Shown here piece by piece: positions 9,535-20,088 of a DNA stretch of 64,000 nt. The position numbers and the translations under genes were made by a program. Origin of the DNA: Nitrospinales bacterium (lineage in GTDB: Bacteria; Nitrospinota; Nitrospinia; Nitrospinales; VA-1); the NCBI GenBank assembly GCA_965223795.1, contig CBDCXL010000002.1, forward strand, positions 192,001 through 256,000, read 5' to 3'. Under the pieces are notes generated by a model. The model ran no database searches and was not told where the DNA came from. It worked only from the letters and a program-made list of their open reading frames with translations. Position 1 is the stretch's first letter, and the number at the start of each line of letters is the position of its first letter.

Positions 9535-11985
9535 TCAGTATTGAAACTTTCCGACCAGTTTCTGCAGGTCGGAAGCCATGCGCGACAACTCGTTCGCCGC
9601 TTCCTGGGTTTGCCCGACACCGCTGGAGGTGTCCTGGGCGGCCTGGGCGACGCCGGAGATGTTCTGCGAAATCTCCGCGCTGCCTTTGGCGGTTTCCCCG
9701 ACATTGCGGCCGATCTCCGCCGTGGTGGCAGTCTGCTCTTCCACCGCGCTGGCGATCGTGTTGGAGATGTCGTTGATCTGGTTGATGATCATGGTGATCT
9801 CACCGATCGCGTCGACCGAGCTTTTGGTGTCCTCCTGAATCGCCTCGATCTTCTGGCTGATGTCTTCGGTGGCCTTGGCCGTCTGGTTGGCCAGCTCTTT
9901 CACTTCGTTGGCGACCACCGCGAAGCCTTTGCCGGCCTCCCCGGCGCGCGCCGCCTCGATGGTGGCGTTCAGAGCCAGGAGGTTGGTCTGCTCCGCGATG
10001 GAGGTGATGACTTTGATCACCTGGCCGATCTCGGCGCTGCTGTCTCCCAGCTTGGACACCGTGGCGTTGGTCTTCTCCGCCATTTCCACGGCGGACCGTG
10101 CGACCTTGGCCGCCTGCGTGGAGTTCTGCGCGATCTCCTTGATGCTGGCGCTCATCTCCTCGGCGCCGGTGGCGGCGGTCTGCACGTTGCGGCTGATCTC
10201 CTCGGAAGCCGCGGAGACGACGTTGGCCTGGGCGGAGGTCTCTTCGGCGTTGCCCGCCATCGTCTGGCTGACGGAAGTCAGCTCCTCGGCGGAACTGCTG
10301 AGAGTCTGAGCGGTGCCGGCGATATCGGAAACGCTCTTCCTGAGGTCGCGGAAGAATTTCGCCAGCCCTTCGCCCATCTTGCCGATGGCGTCGCTGCCAT
10401 GGACGGTGATGTCCTGCGTGAGATCGCCTTTCGCGGCGGCATCGACGACACCGAGCATGCTGTCGACTTTCTCCTGCAGCTCGCGCGCCTGGCGCTGATC
10501 GCGCTCGGCCATCTCGCGCGTCTTGCGTTCGTTCTCCACTTTTTCGGTGACGACTTCCCAGGTCACCATCGGCCCCAGGTAATTCTTGTCCTTATCGTAG
10601 AGACCGGTCACGATCATCTCGATTGTATCCGCACCCAACTGAAACTGCTCCTGGTGCGGAAAACTTTCCGGCTTGGACAAGATGCTGCGGAAATGGGCCG
10701 GATCGCTGTGGAAATTCTCCATCGGCTCACCGACAACGTTTTTCGCGGACACGGACAGATGCTGCTGCAATTTTTGCATCACTTTTTCACCGGACGGATT
10801 CACGTAGCTGACCTTGAGTTCCGTGTCGGCATACATCATCACGCCGGGATTGTTTTCCACCATGCCAGCGATCCGCGCCATTTGCGTTTCCGCCTCGACT
10901 TTTTGTGTCACGATCTCCCAGGCAGCCATCGGCCCCAGATAGTTTTTATTTTGATCGTAAACTGCCGCCACGTTCAGATCAACGATTTCGGGGCCAACTT
11001 CAATCTGTGTCGAAATCGGCAGGTTTTTCGGATCGGACAGTACCCGGCGTTGATGACTGGGGTCTTTATGGAAAATATCGAAGGACTGCCCAACCACATT
11101 GTTCGCCGCGGCTGGAAGGTATTTTTCCAGTTTTTTAAAGTTTTTTATCGATTCCGCATTGACGTATCGAATCTTGAAATCAAGATCCGCGTACATTGCG
11201 CCACGGGGCATGTTCTCCATCATGGACACGATTTTCGCGGTTTCGACCTCGGAACGTTTCACCGACCGGATGACGAACCAGATGCCCACAACAAGAGCCA
11301 CCACCAGCACCACCGCAAATCCGGTGATCCAGATGACATTGGTGAGCATGGAACCGTTGGCGGCAAGCTGCACGTCGATCGGGGCGATCACCTCCAGGAC
11401 GCCGCGCACGTCGTTGAGCTTCCAGTCGTTCTTCGGCGTGTCGGCACGGCTGTTGTGACAGTTGACGCAGGCCTCGGCCACCATCCGGTCGGCCATGGCC
11501 ACGCGCACCATTTCCTGATTGCCTACTTTTTCCTTGCGGATGAACGTCTCATTGGGATTTTTTTCGAAAAAGGCCAGGGCGTCCTGAGCGTACTGGTCCA
11601 GAACGCGGTCGCTGCGGTTGGGAAACGGATACGGGCTGTACAGCCGCAATTTGACCGCGTCGTCTCCTTTTTTGCTGAGCAGTTCGCTCATGTCGTGGAT
11701 CACGGTCGCGGGCAGGGGAATGGCGTTGCCCATGGTTTTGTGATCGTAGGAGATTTTCAAATCGGTGTTGGCCTTGACTTTCTTGACCACGCTCTTCACA
11801 TAGTAAGCGCGCAGGGTCTTGTACTGATCGATGATCGACAGCGCGTTGAGCTTGCTGGACTCGATGGTGTTGTGCAGACTCGTCTTGGATATGTAGACGA
11901 TCAGGCCGGCGATACACAGAACCAGGATCGCGACCACGGAAAACATGACCTTTTCCATGTGTCTTTTAAATAAATCTTCGTTCAT
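9535..11985 (-). CDS. Methyl-accepting chemotaxis protein with periplasmic Tll0287/DUF3365-like c-heme domain and two cytoplasmic PAS-like domains
   Basis: Two TM helices flank a domain with [10 protein letters not shown] and ACVNCH. Two PAS-like repeats follow, then the MCP signature [30 protein letters not shown]. Confidence 0.9.
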   Translation of the reverse strand: MNEDLFKRHMEKVMFSVVAILVLCIAGLIVYISKTSLHNTIESSKLNALSIIDQYKTLRAYYVKSVVKKVKANTDLKISYDHKTMGNAIPLPATVIHDMSELLSKKGDDAVKLRLYSPYPFPNRSDRVLDQYAQDALAFFEKNPNETFIRKEKVGNQEMVRVAMADRMVAEACVNCHNSRADTPKNDWKLNDVRGVLEVIAPIDVQLAANGSMLTNVIWITGFAVVLVVALVVGIWFVIRSVKRSEVETAKIVSMMENMPRGAMYADLDFKIRYVNAESIKNFKKLEKYLPAAANNVVGQSFDIFHKDPSHQRRVLSDPKNLPISTQIEVGPEIVDLNVAAVYDQNKNYLGPMAAWEIVTQKVEAETQMARIAGMVENNPGVMMYADTELKVSYVNPSGEKVMQKLQQHLSVSAKNVVGEPMENFHSDPAHFRSILSKPESFPHQEQFQLGADTIEMIVTGLYDKDKNYLGPMVTWEVVTEKVENERKTREMAERDQRQARELQEKVDSMLGVVDAAAKGDLTQDITVHGSDAIGKMGEGLAKFFRDLRKSVSDIAGTAQTLSSSAEELTSVSQTMAGNAEETSAQANVVSAASEEISRNVQTAATGAEEMSASIKEIAQNSTQAAKVARSAVEMAEKTNATVSKLGDSSAEIGQVIKVITSIAEQTNLLALNATIEAARAGEAGKGFAVVANEVKELANQTAKATEDISQKIEAIQEDTKSSVDAIGEITMIINQINDISNTIASAVEEQTATTAEIGRNVGETAKGSAEISQNISGVAQAAQDTSSGVGQTQEAANELSRMASDLQKLVGKFQY

Positions 11986-12448
11986 CGCTCCCCCCAATAG
12001 GATTGGTTTTTTGGATTTGGATTCTTGCGGTTGCGTATTGTGGAATTCACTTTTTTATTTTTTTCGGAAGATCGGGTAGCTGATTCCGGGATGGTCGATT
12101 TCCGAAGGATTCTTGCGGCTGGGGGCCTTTGGCGATCCGCTGTCTGACAGCCGGGACCGCTCATTACTTCTATTATTATAGATAATAAATGTAAATCTAG
12201 AAAGATAAATGTTTGTTTTATATGCAAATTATGCGAACAATGTTACATTTTCCTGATTCGATGGCGGAGATTTGACAAATCCTCAGGAGATTCGGCCTCG
12301 GTTGCATCGGCGATCGAATTGTTGAATAATTGTCTTTTTGCGGCAGGCTCGCCGCATTTCGAACCGGGTCCCGGGGGAGTGAATCGCAATTCGGGCCCCG
12401 GAATCTGCGCCTGCCGCAAGCGGCGGGCCGTAACCGGAAGAGAGTAGC

Positions 12449-12982
12449 ATGAAGCGTTTTTTCAAAAACTTCGGCTGGGTTTGCCTGGGGATTTTTCTGC
12501 AATTCAAATTCAATATTCTCTACGGGATCGTGTTTCTCGAAAATCTCAATTTTCACGACCGGACCTATTTTGTCAAAATGAAACTGGATGAGAAGGATTC
12601 GCCGGTCCGCGTGCTCAATGTGGGCACCACGGTGCACCACTCTCTGGGGTCCGATTACTTTGCGAACGTCTATATTCCAGACAGTTATGAGGTGCTCAAC
12701 CAGGAGCCGTACCAGGGCACTGAGGCGCTTCCCGGCTACCTGGCTTACAAAATGCCGATGAAGCGCAAGTACCGCGATGTGCTGGCCAGCGCCGATTTCA
12801 TCCTCACGAAGGCGAAAGACGACGAGGAGGTCCCCCCCTCCCCCATCGTGGTTCACTTTGAAAACATGAAGCAACGCCTGCACACGGACAAAAGCTACAT
12901 GCTGTCAATAGAGGACAGCCAGCTCAAGCTGGAGGGTCCGGAAGTCGGGCAAAAAACCTACCCGCAAAAATGGGGGATGTGA
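12449..12982 (+). CDS. Hypothetical protein with N-terminal membrane anchor
   Basis: Clean ORF with RBS and hydrophobic N-terminus; family not recognised. Confidence 0.65.
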   Translation: MKRFFKNFGWVCLGIFLQFKFNILYGIVFLENLNFHDRTYFVKMKLDEKDSPVRVLNVGTTVHHSLGSDYFANVYIPDSYEVLNQEPYQGTEALPGYLAYKMPMKRKYRDVLASADFILTKAKDDEEVPPSPIVVHFENMKQRLHTDKSYMLSIEDSQLKLEGPEVGQKTYPQKWGM

Positions 12983-13004
12983 GGCGGGAAAATGCGATAC
13001 GATA

Positions 13005-13865
13005 GTGAGTATGGGAACGCGCACGCAAGAGTTTAAGGACTATTACGGCATCCTCCGGATTCCGGTGAACGCCCAGGATGCGGAGATCAAAAAAGCCTAC
13101 CGCAAACTGGCGCTGGAAAACCATCCCGATCACCACCCCGACGATCCGGAAAGCGAAAACCGCTTCAAGGAAATCACCGAAGCGTACGGCGTGCTGATCG
13201 ATCCGGACAAGCGCCGCCAATATGACCGGTTCCGGGTAGCGTACCGGTCCGGCCGGGCGACGGGATCGGACGGATTCGACTATTCACAGCAGGACATTTT
13301 CGAAGAGCTTTTCCGCAAGGGATTTTCGCGTGAGATGTTCGAGGAGTTGAACCGCGAATTCAGCCGCTCGGGCGTGCGCTCGGGCAAACCGTTTTTCGCC
13401 GCCATTCTGTTCGGCGGCGCGCTGGGCGGACTCGGCAGAATCCTCGGCATGATTCCGGGACCGATCGGTAAAATCGGCTACGGTCTGAAAGTCGCGCAGA
13501 TGGTGGGTTCTTCGATCCTGGCCTTCCAGCAGATGCGCAAGGATCAGAACCCGGACGGCAACGCGGAAGAAAATAACGGACAGACCGCGTCGCAGATGCA
13601 GGACGTGTTCGCCAAGGCCGTGGGCGCGGGCAACCCGCTGGATCTCAACTTTTCCATCACGCTGTCCGCAGCGGAAGCGCTGGCGGGATCGCGTAAGAAA
13701 ATTTCCTACAAGGCCGGCGCCGAAAATGAGCAGCTCGTGGTCCGCATCCCGCCCCAGTTTCCGGACGGCGGAAAACTGAGAATCCGCGAGAAGGGTTACA
13801 AACGGCAGGACAAACGCGGAGACCTCATCCTGACGGTGAACATCGAGTCTTTGGCGAAAAACTGA
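13005..13865 (+). CDS. DnaJ/CbpA-like co-chaperone
   Basis: J domain (DYYGIL...HPD) and DnaJ_C-like tail (LRIREKG...GDLIL). Confidence 0.88.
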   Translation: MSMGTRTQEFKDYYGILRIPVNAQDAEIKKAYRKLALENHPDHHPDDPESENRFKEITEAYGVLIDPDKRRQYDRFRVAYRSGRATGSDGFDYSQQDIFEELFRKGFSREMFEELNREFSRSGVRSGKPFFAAILFGGALGGLGRILGMIPGPIGKIGYGLKVAQMVGSSILAFQQMRKDQNPDGNAEENNGQTASQMQDVFAKAVGAGNPLDLNFSITLSAAEALAGSRKKISYKAGAENEQLVVRIPPQFPDGGKLRIREKGYKRQDKRGDLILTVNIESLAKN

Positions 13866-13942
13866 ATCCGGCCGCGCACCGCAAGCGCCGCCGCACTCCA
13901 ATTCCCGGCACCCGCAACCATTTTCTCTCAGGAGTCTGCATC

Positions 13943-14548
13943 ATGAACGTTTCGACTTTCACAAGGTACGGCGTGTTCCTGCTTTTGCTTATCACCGCTA
14001 TGGCCGGACCCGCGGGCGGCGAAGAGATGGACGCCAAGACCCAGGAGATGATGGCCAAGTGGCAAGCCTACGCCTCGCCCAGCGCCAAGCATAAAATTCT
14101 CGACGCTCTGGTCGGGCAATGGAATCATTCCGGGAAATGGTGGATGGATCCGAACGGCCCGCCGGAAACCTTCGCGGGAACCAGCGAGATCAAGTGGATC
14201 CTGGGCGGACGATTTCTCCAGCACACCGCGCAGGGCCCCGGCGAAAAGGGGCACCCTCCCTTTGAAGGCATGGGGTACACGGGTTTTGACAACAGCAGCG
14301 AAAAGTACCAGACGATGTGGATCGACAACATGGGCACGGGCATGATGCGCGGAGAAGGAACCTACGACGCCGCTAAAAAAGAATTGAACGAGCGCGGGAC
14401 GTTCAGCAATCACGTCGTCGCATCGAGCGATTACCGCGGCGTGTTCCGCTTCATCGACGACGATCATTACAAGTATGAATTCTATTCCAGCGGACCGGAC
14501 GGCAAGGAATTTCTCTCAATGTCGATCGACTACAAGCGAAAAAAATGA
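13943..14548 (+). CDS. Exported DUF1579-like protein
   Basis: Signal peptide; WILGGRFL, GYTGFDN, WIDNMGTG. Confidence 0.75.
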   Translation: MNVSTFTRYGVFLLLLITAMAGPAGGEEMDAKTQEMMAKWQAYASPSAKHKILDALVGQWNHSGKWWMDPNGPPETFAGTSEIKWILGGRFLQHTAQGPGEKGHPPFEGMGYTGFDNSSEKYQTMWIDNMGTGMMRGEGTYDAAKKELNERGTFSNHVVASSDYRGVFRFIDDDHYKYEFYSSGPDGKEFLSMSIDYKRKK

Positions 14549-14680
14549 ACGGCCCGCCCTCGCCTGCCGGTTTCCGGAAGATGAGGCCCTTCACTCACCT
14601 GCACTGAGACTCAACGCGGGAAACCCGCCCGGCTCCGCCGCGGCGCGGTTTCCCGCTTTTGCTTTGCGCGCATTTCGACC

Positions 14681-15379
14681 ATGACCGATAAGCAGAAGAT
14701 CCTCACTCACTGGCGGAATTTTTTCACCGATCTTTTCGTCGGAACGTTCCTGCGGGTGTTTCTGTATGGATTGGGCGGGACCGCCCTGGGTTTCGCGACG
14801 CTCTGGGGGTTTCACTGGGGCGTGCTGGGCACGCTGGAATGGAAAGCGTGGGTGGAAACCACGGTTCTGGTTCTGGGGTTTTTGTGGTTTCCGCTCTGGG
14901 GCGTGGCCGGTGGCTTGGTCATCGCGGCGTTTCAGATCCTGTGGAAAAAATTCACCGAGATCGTCGGCGGCATGCACGATCTGCTCGATCTCTTAACCCG
15001 CGAGGTGCTGGCGCAGTTTCCCCGGTTCAGCAAGCAGACGCCCAAAGAAGAGCTGGCGAAAAAGTTCGACAATATCGGCCAGGATTTCCTCACACGGCTC
15101 AAACTCAAGGGGGGTCTCATCCGGTTCGTGTCGCGGATTTTTTTCGGGGCGATCCTCAAGGTGCTGAAGTTTTTTTTCCTCAACGACGTGGTCGATGAAC
15201 TGGCGAAAAACCCCAAAGAGTCAGTCACTTCGAGCGATGTGGAGCATGCGGTGCGGCGGGTGGGGGTGAACCTTTTTCTGGAACCGGTGCACGAAAATAT
15301 TATTTTACTTCAAATCCTTTTTGGGTTATTCATCATCGTACTGCTTGGACTGCCCTTTTCTCTGTTGTGGCTGGTTTGA
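14681..15379 (+). CDS. Hypothetical membrane protein
   Basis: Several hydrophobic segments. Confidence 0.65.
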   Translation: MTDKQKILTHWRNFFTDLFVGTFLRVFLYGLGGTALGFATLWGFHWGVLGTLEWKAWVETTVLVLGFLWFPLWGVAGGLVIAAFQILWKKFTEIVGGMHDLLDLLTREVLAQFPRFSKQTPKEELAKKFDNIGQDFLTRLKLKGGLIRFVSRIFFGAILKVLKFFFLNDVVDELAKNPKESVTSSDVEHAVRRVGVNLFLEPVHENIILLQILFGLFIIVLLGLPFSLLWLV

Positions 15380-15397
15380 CGAAAAAGCGAGATTATT

Positions 15398-15706
15398 TTG
15401 TTTTCCATCCTTAAAATCAATGCCCGGCTCAAGCGGTCGAAGTTTCTGCCCGCGCTGCTCCTGGTGTGCTTCGGCGTTCTGTCCGGGTTCTCCCCGGTCC
15501 TGCACAACCACGAGCTGGAGCTGGATCACAACCACAACGATTGCGGCGCCTGTCAGTGGAGCCAGTGGAATTCCCTGATCCACGCGGTGGCGTCGCAGGG
15601 CACCCCCTCCCCTATGCTTGAGATTCTGCGGCACGTCCACATTTCCGTGGTTCTGCCCAAGTTTCTTGCCTCCGTATCGAGCCGCAGTCCGCCTGCCGTT
15701 TCCTGA
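15398..15706 (+). CDS. DUF2946/CruR-like leader ORF (TM, His-rich, CxxC, C-terminal RSPP)
   Basis: HNHELELDHNHNDCGAC ... SSRSPPAVS, directly upstream of a metal-uptake operon. Confidence 0.65.
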   Translation: MFSILKINARLKRSKFLPALLLVCFGVLSGFSPVLHNHELELDHNHNDCGACQWSQWNSLIHAVASQGTPSPMLEILRHVHISVVLPKFLASVSSRSPPAVS

Positions 15707-15806
15707 TTCGCACGCAAAACTCAACTTCTTTTTTTACATTCATTGAATGCGGTGGGTGAACTGTCTCTCATTGGAGCCGGTTTCACCGTCACCCGGGAGC
15801 GGAATC

Positions 15807-16997
15807 ATGAAACGGAGTCAATCTCTATTTGTGTTCGTGGCACTGTTGTGCCTTTTTTCTCCCGTATCCGTGCTTGCGGACGAGGATGCGGAATATTTCA
15901 AACCGAAGATTTTAGAACTGGAAGAGCGTGTCAAAGAGCTGGAGGCGGAGAAACGCAAACGCGGCGCGCCCAAAAACAGATTCTCCAAGGGCTCCACGAC
16001 GGCGACGGGGATCTCCCGCGCCTTCAACCCGGCCATCAGCGTCAACGGCCTGTTGCTTGGAACGTATGTCGATGAAGGGCGGGATGATGGAACACGGGAA
16101 GTCAAGACCGGACTGGACATTCAGGAACTCGAACTGGTTCTGGAAGCCAGTGTGGACACGTACTTTCATTCCAAGCTGGTGCTGGCGATGGAGGAAGTGG
16201 ACGCCATCGAAATCGAGGAATTCATCACAGAAGTGCTGCTGCTCAACAACCTTTCCCTGCGAGCGGGGAAATTCTTCGCGCCGTTCGGCAAGCACAACCT
16301 GCTGCACACGCACGCCTTTCCTTTCGTCGACGCGCCGCTGATCAATGAGGAGATCCTGGGAGAGGAAGGCATCAACGAGATCGGCGTGGGGCTGGCCTAC
16401 CTCCTGCCCACCCCCTGGTTCAGCGACATCCAGTTTCAGTTTCTGGAAGGCGAGAACGAAGGGCTGTTCAACGGCCCGTTGAACGACGATTTTCTCTACC
16501 TTGTTCATCTTAAAAATCTTGTGGATCTCACGCCCGATCTCACGGCGGAGCTGGGTGGTTCGTTCGCTTACGGCAGGAACGATCTGGTCAACGGCCCCTA
16601 CAACCATACGGAGCTGGCGGGAGTCGATGTGACGTTCAAATGGAAGCCCGGAGGCCGGGAGAAATACCGTTCTCTCACCTGGATGACGGAGTTCATCAAT
16701 TCCTCACGCGACATCGATAAAAAAGGAATGTATACCCTGCTGCAGTACCAGTTCGCGCGCAAATGGTGGGTGCAGGGCCGCTACGATTTCTTCACCATCC
16801 CGCGCGATCAGGTGGGCGGCGGCGGTGAGGTGGCGCAGGACAAAAACCGTTACAGCGCCCTGCTGGCGCACGTGTTCAGCGAGTTTTCGGTACTGAGATT
16901 GCAGTACAACTACCTGAACCAGTTGGAAGCGGACGAGCACCAGGTGTTCCTGCAGCTCAACTTCACGTTCGGATCGCACCCCCCGCACTCTTACTGA
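15807..16997 (+). CDS. Outer-membrane beta-barrel, putative metal-regulated porin/receptor
   Basis: Signal peptide, coiled coil, FNPAISV, HNLLHTHAFPF, C-terminal GSHPPHSY. Confidence 0.7.
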   Translation: MKRSQSLFVFVALLCLFSPVSVLADEDAEYFKPKILELEERVKELEAEKRKRGAPKNRFSKGSTTATGISRAFNPAISVNGLLLGTYVDEGRDDGTREVKTGLDIQELELVLEASVDTYFHSKLVLAMEEVDAIEIEEFITEVLLLNNLSLRAGKFFAPFGKHNLLHTHAFPFVDAPLINEEILGEEGINEIGVGLAYLLPTPWFSDIQFQFLEGENEGLFNGPLNDDFLYLVHLKNLVDLTPDLTAELGGSFAYGRNDLVNGPYNHTELAGVDVTFKWKPGGREKYRSLTWMTEFINSSRDIDKKGMYTLLQYQFARKWWVQGRYDFFTIPRDQVGGGGEVAQDKNRYSALLAHVFSEFSVLRLQYNYLNQLEADEHQVFLQLNFTFGSHPPHSY

Positions 16998-17044
16998 GCG
17001 CGGCCGGGTTGAAAACAAATTCACGTTTTTACTGTGAGGTGAAT

Positions 17045-17971
17045 ATGAAAGCATATAAAAGAGTGTTCGTTTACACCGCTGTGCTTGCGCTTCATTTTGT
17101 TGCTGCGGCTTCCGCCTGGGGCGGACTCAATGTTGTCACATCCACTCAGGATCTGGCCGCCATCGCAAAAGAGGTGGGCGGCGATCTCGTCCGTGTGGAC
17201 ACCATCGGCAAAGGCCACCAGGATTATCATTTCATTCAGGCCAAACCCAGCTACATGGTGAAAGTGAACCGGGCGGACCTGTTCGCGTATCAGGGACTGG
17301 AGCTTGAGATCGGCTGGCTGCCGCTGGTTCTGCGCGGCGGCCGCAATCCCGACGTGCTTCCGGGCAAACCGGGCAATCTGGATGTGTCGAGCGCCATCGA
17401 GGCGATCGAGATCCCTGAAGGGGAAGTGGACCGTTCGATGGGCGACATCCATCCTTTCGGCAACCCGCATTATCATTTGAGCCCGGAAAACGGAATGCGC
17501 ATCGCCGACGCTTTTGCCGAGCGTTTGAGTCAGCTGGACCCGGCAAACGCGGAGACCTACCGCACGAACGCGAAAGATTTCCGCCAGCGTGTGCAGGCCA
17601 AAATCCCGGAGTGGAAAAACCGCATGCAGCCGTTTGCGAACAGTAAGGTCGTGGCCTATCATCCGACCTGGAGTTATTTTCTGGAATATTTTGACATCGA
17701 AACGATCAGCTATGTGGAAGACCCGCCGGGTGTGGAACCGGGAAGCCGACATCTGGCGGAACTGGCGAACCGCATGCAGCAGAGCAACACACGCGTGATC
17801 CTGCAGGCCAATTATTTTGAGCGCGGGTTTTCCGACCTGCTTGCCAGCCGGACGCAGGGACGCGTCGTGATCCTGCCGGCTTCGGTGGGCGGGGATGCTT
17901 CGGCAAACGATTACATCGGATTGATCGACCTGATCGTATCGCTTGTGAGTGAAGCGTTGTCCAACTCATGA
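17045..17971 (+). CDS. Metal ABC transporter substrate-binding protein (ZnuA/TroA cluster)
   Basis: QDYHF, GDIHPFGNPHYHLSP, YHPTWSYF. Confidence 0.88.
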   Translation: MKAYKRVFVYTAVLALHFVAAASAWGGLNVVTSTQDLAAIAKEVGGDLVRVDTIGKGHQDYHFIQAKPSYMVKVNRADLFAYQGLELEIGWLPLVLRGGRNPDVLPGKPGNLDVSSAIEAIEIPEGEVDRSMGDIHPFGNPHYHLSPENGMRIADAFAERLSQLDPANAETYRTNAKDFRQRVQAKIPEWKNRMQPFANSKVVAYHPTWSYFLEYFDIETISYVEDPPGVEPGSRHLAELANRMQQSNTRVILQANYFERGFSDLLASRTQGRVVILPASVGGDASANDYIGLIDLIVSLVSEALSNS

Positions 17972-17996
17972 CCCGGCGAATCGAGGTCGCACGCGC

Positions 17997-18812
17997 ATGA
18001 GCGTTTTTTTCACCTTCATGGCCGCGCCTGCCGTGGCGTGTCTGATTCTCGTGCTGGTGCTGACTTTCTTCGGCTGCCACGTGCTGAAGCGGGAGATCAT
18101 CTTCGTGGATATCTCGCTCGCGCAACTCGCCGCTCTGGGAACGACCGTCGCTTTCATCCTGGAAATCGATCTGGACTCCCCGATTTCATTGTTGCTTTCC
18201 CTGCTCTTCATCCTCATGGGTGGCGTCTTCTTCGCATTCACCCGGACCCTGTCTCCCCGGGTGCCGCAGGAAGCGGTCATCGGAATCATCTATGTGGTCG
18301 GGGCGTCCTTCGGTCTCCTGCTGGTGGCCAACGCGCCGCACGGGGCAGAGCATCTCAAGGCGCTGCTCAACGGGTCCATCCTCTGGATCACCTGGCCGGG
18401 AACGGCGAAGCTGGCCCTTGCCTGTGCCCTGGTTTTTATTCCCGTATGGCGGAACCGTGTGCGATTGGAACAGCAGTCGGAACACTACCGCGGTGCTCCC
18501 GACCGCTTCGATTTCAAATTGGACTTTCTGTTCTACACGGCGCTCGGTCTGGTGATCGTGTTTTCGGTTCGCACGGCGGGGATCTTTCTGATCTTTTCTT
18601 TTCTCATCCTGCCGGCGGTGTGCGGGGCGCTGTTTTTTTCTTCTCTGACACAACAGTTTCTGGCGGGATCGGTTGTGGGCGTGCTCACTAGCTGGCTGGG
18701 GCTGATTCTTTCCTTCTATCTGGATCTTCCCACCGGGGCGACGCTGGTGTGCCTGCTGGGCGCGGCGTTTTTCCTGGCGATCCCGCTGAGCCGTCTGCTG
18801 GTAAAAACTTGA
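17997..18812 (+). CDS. Metal ABC transporter permease (ABC-3, ZnuB-like)
   Basis: HVLKREIIFVDISLAQLAALG, multiple TM helices, DLPTGA. Confidence 0.88.
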   Translation: MSVFFTFMAAPAVACLILVLVLTFFGCHVLKREIIFVDISLAQLAALGTTVAFILEIDLDSPISLLLSLLFILMGGVFFAFTRTLSPRVPQEAVIGIIYVVGASFGLLLVANAPHGAEHLKALLNGSILWITWPGTAKLALACALVFIPVWRNRVRLEQQSEHYRGAPDRFDFKLDFLFYTALGLVIVFSVRTAGIFLIFSFLILPAVCGALFFSSLTQQFLAGSVVGVLTSWLGLILSFYLDLPTGATLVCLLGAAFFLAIPLSRLLVKT

Positions 18813-18896
18813 TGCGGATTCCAATGATTGAGCCGCATCCACAATCAAGTCACTGGAGATGCCGTGAACTCAGAAAATCAGACCAAATTTTTTGTC

Positions 18897-19316
18897 ATGA
18901 ATAAGAACAATCGGTTCGACAAGACGGGGATCTTCGCCTCATCGCTGTGCCTGCTGCATTGCGCCGCGCTGTCGGTTTTTCTCCCTCTTTTTTCATTGAA
19001 TCTGCCGTTCATTCAGGACGAGCGGCTGGAAGCATCGTTTCTGATCACCGCAATCGCGATGGGCTGCGCTGCCTTTTTTCCAGCTCTGAGGGCGAAAGGA
19101 CGGACGGGAATCGGAATTCTTGGAATGGCCGGACTGGCCGGATTGATTTTTCTCGAATTTTTTTGCAAGAGCATCGAAAATGAAATCCTTCGTTTCACTC
19201 TGTCGCTTCCTTTTTTTGCGATGCTCTTAAAAGCTCATATGATGAATATCCGTGTTTGTAAAGAGTGCGCCTCAAAAAATGTGCTGTCAAAGCTCTCTCT
19301 TTTTTCTCCCATTTGA
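18897..19316 (+). CDS. MerC-domain membrane protein
   Basis: DKTGIFASSLCLLHC motif and about four TM helices. Confidence 0.75.
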   Translation: MNKNNRFDKTGIFASSLCLLHCAALSVFLPLFSLNLPFIQDERLEASFLITAIAMGCAAFFPALRAKGRTGIGILGMAGLAGLIFLEFFCKSIENEILRFTLSLPFFAMLLKAHMMNIRVCKECASKNVLSKLSLFSPI

Positions 19317-19522
19317 AGCTCACACTCAAGCCGGTCGCAATTTTTTTTCACAGCGCGCCGCTTTCTTTTCAATTAATTCATATGAAATTTATATAAAACT
19401 AAGACTTTTGTGAGCTAGCTCCTGTGGGGTGAAGGGCGGGGTCTGTTACCTTCAGAGACAGTCTAAATTTCCATCCGGGAAACGGACTCCCGGAGCCAAC
19501 CTTCATCCCTCGAGGAAAGAAC

Positions 19523-19714
19523 ATGAATCGATTCTGGAGTGTGCCCCTTGTCATCCTGTTTGTCGCTTTCGTGAGCTTCAGCGTGGCCGGCTGTTCGTCG
19601 ACCCCGTCCAACGAAACGTCTTCCTACGACAAGACCAAAAAAACCACGGCCAAAGACCGCATGCCCAAACGCGCTCCCACTTCCAACTCGGGATTCGGCG
19701 GCTACCGCTACTGA
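19523..19714 (+). CDS. Small lipoprotein (paralog 1)
   Basis: RBS GAGG, signal peptide with VAGC lipobox, similar to the next ORF. Confidence 0.7.
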   Translation: MNRFWSVPLVILFVAFVSFSVAGCSSTPSNETSSYDKTKKTTAKDRMPKRAPTSNSGFGGYRY

Positions 19715-19843
19715 GCGGCTGTGTCCGGACAATAGTGCGTTTACTATTCTGTAAGGATTCACATATTCACGAGACAACCCATCATTCTCCCCGCATCACC
19801 GCTCGGTGTGCGGGGTAAAACCCTGCAATCGGAGAATCACAGA

Positions 19844-20017
19844 ATGAAACGTTTCAAGTGGAGTGTGGGATTGCTGCTGCTCGTGGTGGGTTTTCTCGTT
19901 CTGGGAGGGTCGGGCTGCACCAGTTCGCCGGACTCAAGAACCTCTTCCTACGAAAAAGACAAGGCGGGCAAGAAAACCAGCCGGGCGCCTTACCGGCGCG
20001 AGGGATCGGGCTATTGA
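19844..20017 (+). CDS. Small lipoprotein (paralog 2)
   Basis: RBS GGAG, signal peptide ending GSGC, shares TSSY[DE]K and RAP with paralog 1. Confidence 0.65.
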   Translation: MKRFKWSVGLLLLVVGFLVLGGSGCTSSPDSRTSSYEKDKAGKKTSRAPYRREGSGY

Positions 20018-20088
20018 ACGCAGCCCGCGGTTGAGTTTCCCCGCAGTTTCAAGTGGAATGACCGGGGTGAAACGCGGCCGGTTTCCCG

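Noticed and set aside
9520..11973. 817-aa + strand ORF (likewise 36310-38436, 45743-47869, 3889-5214)
   Set aside because: Antisense shadows of well-supported genes in GC-rich DNA, with no recognisable motifs.
12070..12165. c-di-GMP riboswitch upstream of the MCP gene
   Set aside because: Only a partial GACAGCGG resemblance; the GCAAA and GNRA P1/P2 core is absent.
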